A DNA stretch of 63,839 nucleotides, filler included, from Octopus bimaculoides (GCF_001194135.2; 6 parts of 6 records of this genome joined end to end with filler, not necessarily neighbours in it), one strand, 5' to 3'. Positions 1-13,466 are shown, counted from the whole stretch's first letter. Numbers and translations are program-made. Notes: generated by a model from the letters alone, not told the origin.

Positions 1-840
1 ATATATATATATATATATATACACATACATACATACATACATATATACATGCATAATATGTACATACATATATACAGACATAATGACCGATGGTCATAAT
101 ATGTCGCTGGCAGAGGCGGATCTTGGCTATCACTCCAATGCGCAGGTGCGTGCAGCTGACGTGAACCAAGCAGCTGGAAACCGACGGCTCCCTTTATCCA
201 GTCAGTTACTAGAGGGCAGTAGGGGTTCACTCCCCCTGCTAGCAGTGTATTGTATATAAGAGTGCAAAGTTTGCGACGAAAACCAGCTGGCGAAGAATCC
301 GACTGGAGTTAAAGTAGTAGTAGCATACATCTGCCACTCTACTGTATGTAGCCAGTCAATCTTCAAAACATGAAAACCAAATCTGTCTTTAAAATAAAAT
401 CGACTGCATTTAAAACAGAGACGAAGATTTTTACTATTATAGTTGGGATGAGATATATCTATAAACGGTAGATCATAATGTATAGCGATTATTCAATCAT
501 ATGTTTAGCTGAACAGGGCTGGCCTTGATTTAAACAATATTAACTACAACAGCGAAATCTTTAAGAGGAAATATTTGAGTGGTTCACGTGAGAGTATTTG
601 AAATATAAGACATACATCACATAAAATGAAATGTCATCTAAACTATATTTGCCATTCGCTTTGTTCCTTTCGGGAGAAATTCACCTGATCTTTCTAACCT
701 GTACTTGGCGTTTGAGTGATAAATCCCTCTCAGAAATTTAATTAAGTTGATATGAAAAGATTTATATTTAGATATTTCACATATTGTCATATTTTATATA
801 TGTATAACAACCCCTAAAAACTTACATATAATTATCGCGT

Positions 841-890
<50 letters not shown>

Positions 891-1283
891 ACAAGCTAGC
901 TGTAAGAATCTCAAGGAGAGGTAGAGTTGTAACGTATGCTAAACAGTAGAGTGGCAGATGTATGTTACTACTACTTTAACTCCAGTCCGATTTTTCGCCA
1001 GCTCGTTTTCGGCGCAAACTTTGCACTCTTATATACAATACACTGCTAGCAGAGGGAGTGAACCCCTACTGCCCTCTAGTAGCTGACTGGATAAAGGGAG
1101 CGGTCGGTTTCCAGCTGCTTAGTTCACGTCAGCTGCGCGCACCTGCGCATTGGAGTGATAGCCAAGATACGCCTCTGCCAGCGACATATTATGACCATCG
1201 GTCACTATGTCTGTATATATGTATGTACATATTATGCATGTATATATGTATGTATGTATGTATATATATATATATATATATAT
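1..1283. repeat. Long inverted repeat (arms ~1-345 and ~943-1283, ~600-bp spacer); fold-back/MITE-like or two opposed copies of one element
   Basis: The reverse complement of 943-1283 matches 1-345 with about 10 substitutions, including the interruptions in the flanking (TA/ATAC)n tract. Confidence 0.9.
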
Positions 1284-1373
1284 NNNNNNNNNNNNNNNNN
1301 NNNNNNNNNNNNNNNNNNNNNNNGAAAAACTACAGAAGGCTTGTATTACATGGTTAAAGTTTATATTTAAATT

Positions 1374-1660
1374 ATGTCAGAAAAATGTTATAAAATTTTT
1401 GGGTATATAGACATTGTATTTGGAGAAATAACCGGTTTCGTGTTGTCTTTTCAAATTTCTCTATTTTATCGTAACATGTCTTCGCTCCCGGAAACAGAAG
1501 GGGTGATGTGGAAGGGAAGGACATCAGACCTTATGGTTCAAGCTGAAATGAAGACCCTGGAAGAATTGGTGGATACGATTCTGAGAGTGTGGATGGAGGG
1601 CAGAACCCCCCGTTGATTTGAATGTGGCCAGAAGGGCCACATTAGAGCATTCTGCCCCAT
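1374..1660 (+). pseudogene. Gag/ORF1-like relic with CCHC zinc knuckle
   Basis: Reading through TGA at 1614-1616 gives *FECGQKGHIRAFCP, which is C-x2-C-x4-H-x4-C with the first Cys codon changed to a stop. Confidence 0.7.
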
Positions 1661-2642
1661 ACAAAAGAAAACAATATATTCCCTAATAACACCAAACTTG
1701 AATGTTATTTCGAATTATAAAGGAAACTGAAAAGGTAGCTAAGTAAACTTTTGAAATGAAGAATATATATTTTAAAGTACTCTATTTCATAAATCGGAAG
1801 CAAAAACAGGTCAAGCGGTTTCCGTTATTATAGATATCGAATATTGTAATAGGAACTTCGAAAATATTCGTGTTTATTCAAATAGAAAAAAAGTATAGCA
1901 ATTGTCAAGAGGTTGGTTTCTTTCAATTCTACATTTATAACAGATTGCTGTCATATGAAACCTTAACAATATACAACAAATATTACATTTCATATAGTGT
2001 AGGAAATGACAGGGGAAATGATGACGATGATGATCATTATCATCAACATCATCTTCATCATCAACAACAATAACGTCATCATCGTTATGATTATTATCAT
2101 TATTATCATCATCTACATATGGTTTTACATATCATTAGGCCCACAGATCCTCCTCAATAAACCGAAATTCTGTTCACAAACGAATCAATCAGTCATCTAT
2201 AAACTGATCAAATTACACATTTAAAATTCCAAGAAATTATAACTCCTCCTCAACGTTCATAATTGAGTCAATCAATATTTAATTCAACTCCAATGTTCCG
2301 TTTAATAACATTTCAAGTGTTTTTATAGATCACATCAAATGGTGCTTGAAAATCATATAATCTTCAGCAAATATATTACTCTAACACAATTAAAGTACGA
2401 GATCGAAGAAGTTGGAAATGGATGTCTCACTTCAGAAAATAGATCTCCATTGGAACATTATATCAATAAATTATTCAATATCCAACGCCGCAAGGAATGA
2501 ATGCATTAGAAATGTTTAGTGGCTTCTCACGCATCGAAGTCAGGCCCGGTTGACAGCACTTCCATACTTGTAGAGTATTTAAAACTGCGAAAGGTTTCCC
2601 AGATGAACTAACAGAGCTGGGATTTCTAGTAGTTAGACACAG

Positions 2643-2644
<2 letters not shown>

Positions 2645-2724
<80 letters not shown>
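2645..2724. repeat. (TAA)n microsatellite upstream of RLE retrotransposon fragment
   Basis: Pure AAT repeat visible in the sequence. Confidence 0.95.
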
Positions 2725-2725
<1 letters not shown>

Positions 2726-2787
2726 TAACGACATAACTGGGACCTCTATAACGACAGAACTGGGATCTATATAATATATTCACAGAC

Positions 2788-3356
2788 ACGACAGAACTGG
2801 AACCTATATACGCTGGAAGCTATGCCAACACTATGGAATAACCACAGAAAAAAGATGGTATAAACACACGCCAGAAAAGGTCACAGAAAACGAGAAAGCA
2901 ACCATACTCTGGGATATGCCAATACACACAGATAGAGAAATTAAGGCAAATAGACCAGATATAGTTGTCAAAGNNNNNNNNNNNNNNNNNNNNNNNNNNN
3001 NNNNNNNNNNNNNNNNNNNNNNNNNNNNNNNNNNNNNNNNNNNNNNNNNNNNNNNNNNNNNNNNNNNNNNNNNNNNNNNNNNNNNNNNNNNNNNNNNNNN
3101 NNNNNNNNNNNNNNNNNNNNNNNNNNNNNNNNNNNNNNNNNNNNNNNNNNNNNNNNNNNNNNNNNNNNNNNNNNNNNNNNNNNNNNNNNNNNNNNNNNNN
3201 NNNNNNNNNNNNNNNNNNNNNNNNNNNNNNNNNNNNNNNNNNNNTCAATACAGTAACTATAAGAGCATCACAGCAAACCACAGCACATACCCAAGGCGCA
3301 CAGAGCTGCGCTCGGTAGTGAAGTGAAAGCACGTTATAAAAATAAAACTACTGAAC

Positions 3357-3360
<4 letters not shown>
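2788..3360 (+). mobile_element. 5'-truncated R4/Dong-like RLE non-LTR retrotransposon (C-terminal region, gap, 3' UTR)
   Basis: Translates as HDRTGTYIRWKLCQHYG...WYKHTPEKVTENEKATILWDMPIHTDREIKANRPDIVVK, carrying the RHD, ILWD and RPD motifs of the restriction-like endonuclease. The 3' end 'aataaaactactgaacaataataat' runs into (TAA)n. Confidence 0.85.
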
Positions 3361-3424
<64 letters not shown>

Positions 3425-4330
3425 TGATGAAGATGATGATGATACTACTGCTGCTGATTGTGAAGGTGATGATCATGAACATGATGCTAATAATGTTAAT
3501 ACTACTACTGATAATAATAACTAGCAGTACACGTGGAAATTCCACAGTAAATACGAATGTTTTTTTTTTTGGGATTCTTGTAAGTTTAAAAAAGAGTCAC
3601 AAACTTAGTGCTCCTTTAAAAATTTTATATTCTGTATTATTTTCATTTAAAAACGCCTTTCAGTTCTTCCGGATAAGGTTGTAATTGAGCATGACTTCTA
3701 ATTCTCTGATCCGTTCAGGGGTTCATTTATAAATTTAAGAGTCTCACTATGAATACAGCGAATATTCATGTCATTCATATCACCAAAGTTATAATTTTCT
3801 GTCATACGTTCACATTTTTATTTTTTGACGTTCTCTCTAATTTTCATTTATATTCTATCTTAAACACGTTCCCTTATCTATTGTAAATACTCACACTATA
3901 CTCTTTCATTCATATTTTGCCTTCTTCATACTGCTATTTCTGTGCTTGTTAAAGTAATTCAACCCGCCCTATACCAACCACATCATTCTTTCTCTTGTTA
4001 GCTTACATCGTCTGTCATCCATATTTTATAAATAAATATCAATTTTTAAGCGAATATCCGATATGTATTTACACGTATGCGCATACGTTAAGTAATAGGC
4101 GATTACGAAAAAACTTAGTTGAATCAAAAAAATTTCACTTTTCACCACCGCCAGCTCCACTACCGTCGCCACCACCACCACCATCACCATTATCATTATA
4201 GTTTTCGGAAATAAAGCTCAGTTTAAGTGTTTGCCAACCAAGATTATTTCATTTCAGTTGTTTGTTTATATCTACTTTTATTGCTGTCAGTGCTAAGTTC
4301 TAATAACAAAGTTTAAAAAAATAATAACAT

Positions 4331-4405
4331 CCACAGAGTCGATCTAATCGACTGGCCTCCTCCCGCAAAATTTCGAGCCTTGTGTCTAGAGTAGAAAAGA
4401 AATTA
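4331..4405 (+). mobile_element. SINE family B, 3' fragment
   Basis: 'gtcgatctaatcgactggcctcctccc..gccttgtgtctagagtagaaaag' matches the fuller copies at 45025-45240 and 63040-63170. Confidence 0.8.
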
Positions 4406-4456
4406 TATATATAACGGCCGTGATGGCTTGACACCTGTCCTTCGTTTGTTATTTAT

Positions 4457-4759
4457 ATTCTTTTATTCTTTTACTTGTTTCAGTCATTTGAGTGCGTCCA
4501 TGCTGGAGTACCGCCTTTAGCTGAACAGATCGACCCTAGGATTTATTCTTTGTAAGCCTAGTATTTATTTTATCAGTCTCTATGTCTGAACCGCTAGTTC
4601 GGGGATGTAAACGCACCAGTATCGGTTGTCAAGCGATGGTGATGGGACAAACACACACGCTCGCATACACACACACATACAGTCACACATACACACATAT
4701 ACGACGGGCTTCTCTCAGTTTCCGTCTACCAAATCCACTCACAAGGCTTTGGTCGGCTT

Positions 4760-4768
<9 letters not shown>
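4457..4768 (-). mobile_element. SINE family A (octopus tRNA-derived SINE with internal microsatellite), head missing
   Basis: Matches about ten other copies in the window ('gtttcagtcatttga..gctggag..aaatccactcacaaggc'). Confidence 0.85.
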
Positions 4769-4797
<29 letters not shown>

Positions 4798-4806
4798 GCA
4801 TGTATG

Positions 4807-4839
<33 letters not shown>

Positions 4840-5112
4840 NNNNNNNNNNNNNNNNNNNNNNNNNNNNNNNNNNNNNNNNNNNNNNNNNNNNNNNNNNNNN
4901 NNNNNNNNNNNNNNNNNNNNNNNNNNNNNNNNNNNNNNNNNNNNNNNNNNNNNNNNNNNNNNNNNNNNNNNNNNNNNNNNNNNNNNNNNNNNNNNNNNNN
5001 NNNNNNNNNNNNNNNNNNNNNNNNNNNNNNNNNNNNNNNNNNNNNNNNNNNNNNNNNNNNNNNNNNNNNNNNNNNNNNNNNNNNNNNNNNNNNNNNNNNN
5101 NTATATATATTA

Positions 5113-5152
<40 letters not shown>

Positions 5153-5164
5153 TTTGTGTGTATA

Positions 5165-6160
5165 TATAGTTGGAATTTACAGAAAATTAAAATACAAAGA
5201 CAGGTGTATAAACAACAAACAGGTGTATTAGTTTAACGCTCAGGGAGGTGAGAAAATCTTTTACGTTTCGAGTTTACGCTCTTCAACAGAAAGGGACACG
5301 AGGAAATAAATAGAGAGAGAGAATAGATTTAAATGTTTTAGGGGCTAACTGTCAATCATGACAGCTGGCTGGAAAGGAGAGCTAGGAAGTAGGGGCGATA
5401 ATAAAGTATTGGTGATCCCAAAACGAAGGTGCGCGTGCTTGTGTATGTGAGAGTGTATAAGTGTGTGCGTGCGAATAGGGGATGGTGACCTTGACATGTG
5501 GATGTGTGTGTAAGTGTGTGTGTCTGTAATGTGTGGATGACGTTGGGGATGCTGGGAAGTGGTCAGTGCTAGTGTGTGCGGGGTGGTGTGAAGTGGTGTG
5601 GCATGAGGTCATGTGGTGCTATGTGGTGTGGTGTGAGTGCTGGGGAAATGGTCAGTGCTAGTGTGTGCGGGGTGGTGTGATGTGGTTTGGTGATGTGTGG
5701 TGTGGTGTGGCGGCGTTGGTGTGTGTGGCTGTTTGGATGCGGTGATGCAAGGGTGGGGTGTAGGGATGCGAAGGCGAGAGTTTGGATGGCACGTGAGGAA
5801 AGTCAATCTAAACACAGACAGGTGTTGTAATGAATGACCGGCAAAGCGGAAATGGCGCGAGACCAAGGTGTCGTTTGACCGATGTACAGAGAAGGACATA
5901 AAGAGCACGAGATGCAGTAAATGATCTTGCTAGAAGTGCATGCAATGGAGTCAGTGATATGATAGGGATGATGGAGTTGGAGGGGTAGGGGCAAGTGCAG
6001 CAGCGTGGGCGGGAGCAAGGGAATGAGCCAGGTTGAGAGGTGTCGGACTGGAATCGCCGGAAGGCTCAGAGAATGGTGCGTTGGAGAGGCAGGGTGGAGG
6101 GGTGGTAGGTGAGGGGAAACGATAGACGAGTAACAGTGGTTCTGGGTGAGGGGAGAGAGG
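5165..6160 (-). mobile_element. Penelope-like element 3' part: GIY-YIG endonuclease relic and pseudo-LTR
   Basis: Minus frames give YHITDSIACTSSKIIYCISCSLCPSLYIGQT (GIY-YIG with CCxC) and VSRHFRFAGHSLQHLSV, followed by a 3' non-coding region containing a hammerhead-like motif. Confidence 0.85.
5258..5293 (-). ncRNA. Minimal type I hammerhead ribozyme-like motif, variant core
   Basis: Minus strand reads CUUU-CUGUUGA-A-GAG(cguaaa)CUC-GAAA-CGU-A-AAAG. Stems I and II pair and stem III is palindromic (ACGU). Confidence 0.55.
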
Positions 6161-6824
6161 CAGAGATATATTATATATATATACATATGCGAGTGTTTGT
6201 GTGTGTATTTTGTCTAACATAAAATTTCTGTGCATTTTCTATACAACCCTTTCTATATATATATTTATATATATATATATGAATTTCTGTATGTGCGTAT
6301 ATACGTGGTTGATGTATTTTTATGATTTAATATGTGACGTTCTACGTAAGACATCAAGTAGTATAGCTTTTGTACTCTGCTAATATACCTTAGTGTGCTG
6401 TCACGTGTTACTTACAATTTTCTGTATCAGCATACATGCGCACACGCAAGCACTCTCGCACACACACGTATGCATACACCCACTCACTCACAAACACACA
6501 CACACACACACATATATATATGCCTCATAAGAAGCAATCACGATAAGGCAGGGAGCGTTCATATATATATATTACATAATACAATATTGAGACTCCTATA
6601 TCAACAGTATTGTCATCACCTCCACCACCATCAACTCCTTCGTTCCCTCCTGTTCCCACATCTGCCTCATTCACATTGACATACCGATTTCAAAGAGGAA
6701 CGCTTTGGAATTTGATTTTCGCTTGAACGAAGTACAACTTAATGTAAAGGAAACACACCAAAGACCATAGAAAAGTAACGCATTGGCTCACTTGTTTCAT
6801 TTTTCCAATTTCAGTTCGCAGCAG

Positions 6825-6833
6825 CACCAGCGC

Positions 6834-6865
<32 letters not shown>

Positions 6866-6866
6866 C

Positions 6867-6917
<51 letters not shown>

Positions 6918-6970
6918 CAGCATCAGCAGTTGCAGCAGCAGCAGTAGCAGCAGCAGCAGTAGCAGCTAGC
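6825..6970. repeat. Compound (CAG)n/(TAG)n trinucleotide microsatellite
   Basis: Visible in sequence; explains the poly-L ORF 6690-6923. Confidence 0.95.
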
Positions 6971-7914
6971 AGTGGCAACAGAAACTATAAATGTATGTCT
7001 TTTATCAGATAGTCTTTCAAACATGCGGGAATTATTGTACTTTCCTCTCTTTGCATTTATTTATTTTTGCAGTCAGTTTTCGCTTTTACTTTGTTGCATA
7101 TAGGTTACGCCATATTTGTTAAATATCATTTTGCATGTGTTAATTTGATGTGGCTTTCGAGAGTAAAGGGATATGATTTTGTGAATCGATAATACAATAG
7201 GGTGAAAGTTCTGTCTCTCTAAGAACAGCGAGGTACAAAAGACGAAATATATGATACCTAAAGAAATTAGAATCTAAATGGGAAATTGCAAAGCATATTT
7301 TTACTTTGTTATTTTCTCCTTCTTTTGCTTACATAAGCTTATTCACACACTGTAAAATACCAATATGCCAACAGAAATGTATGTATACGTGTGTCTTTTT
7401 ACATTATGCGATTCGTTTTATGAGTATACGTTGGTGTTTGACAAGGAAGTATAAAGGCGCGTAAACAAATAGAGTTATAAAGTCATACAAGTTGGTCTAA
7501 CATATAACATACGTTTGCCTGCGTATACTTGTATGCATAAATAGCCTTCTTATATTTCTCTTCATGTGAATAGAATTATAGTAGGAGTAGTTAATTGGGC
7601 GTCGGAAATAGTGGCTAAGGTCAATGATTAGATAAATGCTTCTTGATCAACTGACTGGTAAATTCTCGATAGTTTATGTTGTGTTTAGCTGGCGGTTTGT
7701 AAAGGAACGAAATCAGAGGGGTAAAGGTGAAACTACCATCATGAGATCAAAGTAAAATGTCAAACTGTGAGAGATATCAAACAACTCGAGGACTTATTTA
7801 TAAATGAATTAAATCACTATACCTTCCATTATATTTCAAACACTTCAATTTTCACTTGGAACCGTCTATATTTCATTTTGTTGGAATATACTAATAATAA
7901 TAATTTTTTTCTTT

Positions 7915-8155
7915 CACCTATCTATCTATCTATCTATCTATCTACCTATCTATCTATCTATCTATCTATCTATCACCTATCCATCTCTCTCTCTTTCTCT
8001 CTCTCTGTCTGTCTCTCAGTCTGTCTCTCAGTCTGTCTCTCTGTCTGTCTCTCTGTCTATGTCTCTCTCTGTCTGTCTCTGTCTCTGTCTCTGTCTGTCT
8101 GTCTGCCTGTCTGTCTGTCTGTCTTTCTCTCTCTCTCTCTTTCTCTCTATCTATC

Positions 8156-8186
<31 letters not shown>

Positions 8187-8215
8187 CTATCTCTCTCTCT
8201 CTATATATATATATA
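7915..8215. repeat. Compound (TCTA)n/(TC)n/(CTGT)n microsatellite
   Basis: Visible in sequence; explains ORF 7767-8390. Confidence 0.95.
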
Positions 8216-8357
8216 CCAATTCCCTACAAACATAGCAGTTTTAGAAATCATCATAAATTTCAAATTGCATAAAGTCAAGAGTATGCAAACAAAACCGATT
8301 TTAAATCTAGACAGTGTTGAAAAGTTCCAAGCAACAAAAACACTTTTCTTTTACGTT

Positions 8358-8582
8358 TTATTTTTTTACTTGTTTCAGTCACTGCTTTGAAGGGTTCTAG
8401 TCAAACAAATCGACCTCAGTACTTCCCATTTTAAGCCTGGTACTTATTCTATCGAAATCGTTTGCTGAACAATTAAGTTATGGTGCTGCAAACACACCAA
8501 CAGCGGTTGTCAAGCGATGATGGGGGAACAAACATAGGCACAAAGGCAAACACACACACGCACACGCACGCACACACACACA

Positions 8583-8630
<48 letters not shown>

Positions 8631-8949
8631 NNNNNNNNNNNNNNNNNNNNNNNNNNNNNNNNNNNNNNNNNNNNNNNNNNNNNNNNNNNNNNNNNNNNNN
8701 NNNNNNNNNNNNNNNNNNNNNNNNNNNNNNNNNNNNNNNNNNNNNNNNNNNNNNNNNNNNNNNNNNNNNNNNNNNNNNNNNNNNNNNNNNNNNNNNNNNN
8801 NNNNNNNNNNNNNNNNNNNNNNNNNNNNNNNNNNNNNNNNNNNNNNNNNNNNNNNNNNNNNNNNNNNNNNNNNNNNNNNNNNNNNNNNNNNNNNNNNNNN
8901 NNNNNNNNNNNNNNNNNNNNNNNNNNNNNNNNNNNNNNNNNNNNNNNNN

Positions 8950-9028
<79 letters not shown>

Positions 9029-9185
9029 CAACGTCTTCTTTCAGTTTCCGTCTACTAAATCCACTCACAAGGTTTTGGTCGCCCTCAGGTTATAGTAGTA
9101 GACACTTGCCGAAGGTTCCACGCTGTGGGACTGAACCCAGAACCAAGTGGTTAGGAAACAACCTTCTTACAATACGGCCACGCCT
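8358..9185 (-). mobile_element. SINE family A, near full length, gap inside internal (CA)n/(TA)n
   Basis: tRNA-like head near 9100-9185, body matching the other copies, tail at 8358. Confidence 0.9.
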
Positions 9186-10598
9186 GGGAAATAAAAATTG
9201 TTACCTAGTGTGACTCCACATCTACTTCTCTTAATAGAAAATTCGCGCAATCATTTTGTGTAAAATAACATTAGTCCATTTATTCTAGTTGAATTTACAG
9301 CTAATACACGTTTGTCGTATACGTTAGATTCAGGTATATCCCATCAGACACAGATGGATGCCCATATAAGCGTTACTGAATTCGAAATAGAGTAATGAAC
9401 AGTTAAGAGTTAACAGTCTTGGCTATACACAAGAATAATAGTGATAGACAGCCTTTCAGGATGTTAGTAATATTCTGTAACGATTCGAATATCAAGAATC
9501 CTACTGAATCAACAAAAGATATTAATAAAACGTAATCCATTGAAATTCCTAAGTTTGAAACACAACTTTGACAAAATTTTAATTTAGTCAATATTAAATG
9601 TTGCAAAACATACATCAATCGAGACTTCAGGTTTAAGCACCATGCATAAACGCTGTAAGTTATTTGATATATTATTTATGAAAGGATATGTCGTCATATC
9701 CATTAGAATTACTGACAAGGCTTAATCTATTCTGAATTATATCCTTCTTGATGTGCGCAGGTGAGTTAGTACAAATGATAGAGCACTAGGCAAGGCTGTA
9801 GTTATTACAGTTTGGAAGCTGAACAAATTTATTTGAAATATAATAAATATTTTATATATTATCAATAAAGAATTATATTAATATATATTGTAAATATATT
9901 TTAATATAATTATTACAGTAATTATATATTTTGACAAAATTATAACACATATAACGTATTACATAAATAATTATATGTAATATACTGCAGTCAGTTCAAA
10001 GTGGAATGGATCGTCGGAAAGGCACTTCATGTATCGTAACAGAGCATAGTCATATTACGAGAATGGCATACATAAATATGATTTAGTGAATAATCTATTG
10101 CATTAGATATAAATGCAGAATCTTAAGATATATAAGTTGTAATTTTTATCCTAGAATGTATTTAAAAACCTCGTTAACTGTCACTTTCTATTTTCTCTTT
10201 CCGTCAATACAACAGGTAATTTTTATTGAAGTTTAGGTTCGAAGTGAACTTAAGTATTTTGTCTATATTCAAATGAGTAATTATTGCGATCTTAAGGTTT
10301 AATTGACAATATATTATTCTGGGTGTCTTTCTAAATATTTTCCCATGTTGTGCTTCTTTCTTTTATGCACCATTTTCAGCCCATCGTCTCTATACAAGCC
10401 AGTGTTAGATTTGGTTACTACTCCGTTTATCCGCGCATTCAGACTATATAAAGCAGCGAAGAATGCTAACAGAATTCCACAGCTAATGGGAATCCAAAGA
10501 TATCAGGTTTAGTATAGTGAGTGTAAATTATTTTATAAATAAATAAGAATTACTTTATACCTCAGCATCACGCACTCTTCCTAGCATTCGTCATCACT

Positions 10599-10634
<36 letters not shown>

Positions 10635-12022
10635 ACTTAGTCGCAGACACGTTATATAGGTGCAATAGAATACTGTATCACCAACAATAATATGATTTCT
10701 CTAAGACATCACCCAGTAATCTATCAAGTCCATTTACACGTTTCTCAATATATACTTCTGTTATGGCTTCCCTCTCTCATTTTATGCCTCCATCTTAGAT
10801 GGGTAGATTTGCTCGTATTCGATAATCAGAAGTAATAGTTTAAAATATTATTCGATAGTCAATTGTTTATGTGCATGTGTATATAGGTATATGTATTCGT
10901 GAGCATCTGTTATATATATACGTATCGAAAGGAAGGAGTAAACATTGATGTTTGATATCCGTGGTCGGTGAGCTTCTTGACATGTCTCCTTTAACTGTGA
11001 ATGTGTCTGCAATAGCTTTGATGAGTTTTTAATTACAACACATGGCAACTCTATGCCTATTGACTCTCGAACTATTCAGTGTCGATGTTAAACAAAAGAC
11101 TACTTTAGATGAGTGAATTTGGATTGTATATTAACATGATCTCTTTGTTTCATATTTGCCTGTTTTGAGCCACAACTTCTATCCAGCAAATGTTGGCTGT
11201 GTAAATCTATGAAGCCTTTGAAAGTAACATAATAAATATCGAAATGATTACATATGTACAATCTATATATTTTCCTGACACATTATTAATGCTTTTCGAA
11301 GTAAGAATATTGCAGATATATTGATAGTCAGAGTAATCGAAGATTTTTTAGATTCTGTTGAAATATCTCAGACCCAATTTGTCTAAATTTGCTAGCCAAT
11401 TGTTTGAAAAGATTGCTGGGTTCTCAGACGTGAACAGTATAGATAGAATTCAAATTGAAATTGACGTGACAGGAACAAGATGTTATATTGATTATATGGC
11501 AAATAGCTTGCAATTATAAAGAAAATATTTACTTTTGCTAAGTCTTCAGAATTATGTCTTCGTTTAAACTGTATAAATCAATACTTATTATGTAAGTTAC
11601 AGTCGTTATATTATTGGTCTAAATCTAAATTCTTGACGCATTATTGAGTTCTCTGTTGAATATTTGGTACAATCAGCGTTTTGTAATCATTGTGAGGTAT
11701 CTATCAGTACATTTACGATAACAACTCGTTCCTAAATGCTAAATTTAAATTCTAATTTGCCAACAAATTGAGCGCATTAAGGCTTTCTATATTTCGACGT
11801 TTCCCGTACACTTTTGATTAGAATACCAAAATGGTTGTAAACGCTGAGGTGTGTATAAATACTTAGATGATTCTAAATTTGTTATCTACTGATAAGCTGT
11901 TATGTGTGTGTGCATATTTATAAGGAAGCTTGTGTAGAAGATGAAAAATAAATATATTATATATTTATTACAATTCGAGGTCAGCTGCTAAAAATTCGCT
12001 GTCCCCGGGAATATCTTTGCAA

Positions 12023-12070
<48 letters not shown>

Positions 12071-12291
12071 TGAAAAAAAGAGTCGTCAGAATTTTGGAAT
12101 AACTTCTTTCATTTATTTTATACATATATTAGCGCTTTCGTTCGTCTTTCGAACTTGTCAAATATAATTCTGTGAAAATACAGAGATCTTGCTTATTTAT
12201 ATAAAACAGGTGTTTTTTGGGGTTTTGTTTATAACAGAACATTGTTTTTTTTTGTTTTTTTGGGGGTGAGGCTTTGGAGACAATGGAAGAT

Positions 12292-12343
<52 letters not shown>

Positions 12344-12499
12344 GTCTCGAGAATCATGGATCTGCGCCCGAATATTATAGTTACTATTTCTTACCATACC
12401 TTCATATTACAATTCTAGCATGATCTGGTAAATACTATTCCTAAGTGTTCAGCTGAAATATCTTCCTTGCCCTCTGTACGGGTCAAATATCGTTAGTTT

Positions 12500-12561
<62 letters not shown>

Positions 12562-13023
12562 TCTAACTTCTTTAGCATGTTTGCTTTTCTAAGCAGAGTG
12601 GTATAGCTTCCATAAGAAAAAGATGTACGAAAACTTTCTATCGCCGTAAAATCTTATTTGATCAAATATGAAATCGATTAATATGTATCATTACTGCATT
12701 ACAAAATTTCGAAATACCATTCAATCCGAAATGTGCAGGGACTTGAATTTAAAACTGAAAGATTATTTATTATTCTTCACGCACGCACACACACACACAC
12801 ACACACACACNNNNNNNNNNNNNNNNNNNNNNNNNNNNNNNNNNNNNNNNNNNNNNNNNNNNNNNNNNNNNNNNNNNNNNNNNNNNNNNNNNNNNNNNNN
12901 NNNNNNNNNNNNNNNNNNNNNNNNNNNNNNNNNNNNNNNNNNNNNNNNNNNNNNNNNNNNNNNNNNNNNNNNNNNNNNNNNNNNNNNNNNNNNNNNNNNN
13001 NNNNNNNNNNNNNNNNNNNNNNN

Positions 13024-13091
<68 letters not shown>

Positions 13092-13413
13092 CAATATAAA
13101 TAATATATAAATATATGCATATGTACATACATATGTGTACATACTTGTATGTATATATACATATATATGCATGTATATATACATATATATGCAAGTATGT
13201 ATATATATGTAAGTATATATGCATATATTTATATATTATTTATATTATTATGATCGAACACCACGTATCCTTTTCAAGGTAACTTTTATCTTAATAATTA
13301 TGATGCTCACTCTTATTCTATCTCTTTTCTGTCTATCTCCCTCTCTTGTTTTTCTTCCTTTCTGTTTTTCTTTCCCATACTTTCCCTATTCTTCTCCTCT
13401 CCCCTTCACCGTT

Positions 13414-13466
<53 letters not shown>

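Noticed and set aside
9685-10510. Splice-like signals (CAG|GTGAGT at ~9760; ttttcag at ~10379) suggesting exons
   Set aside because: The first candidate has stops in all three frames; the second has a weak donor and no recognisable homology.
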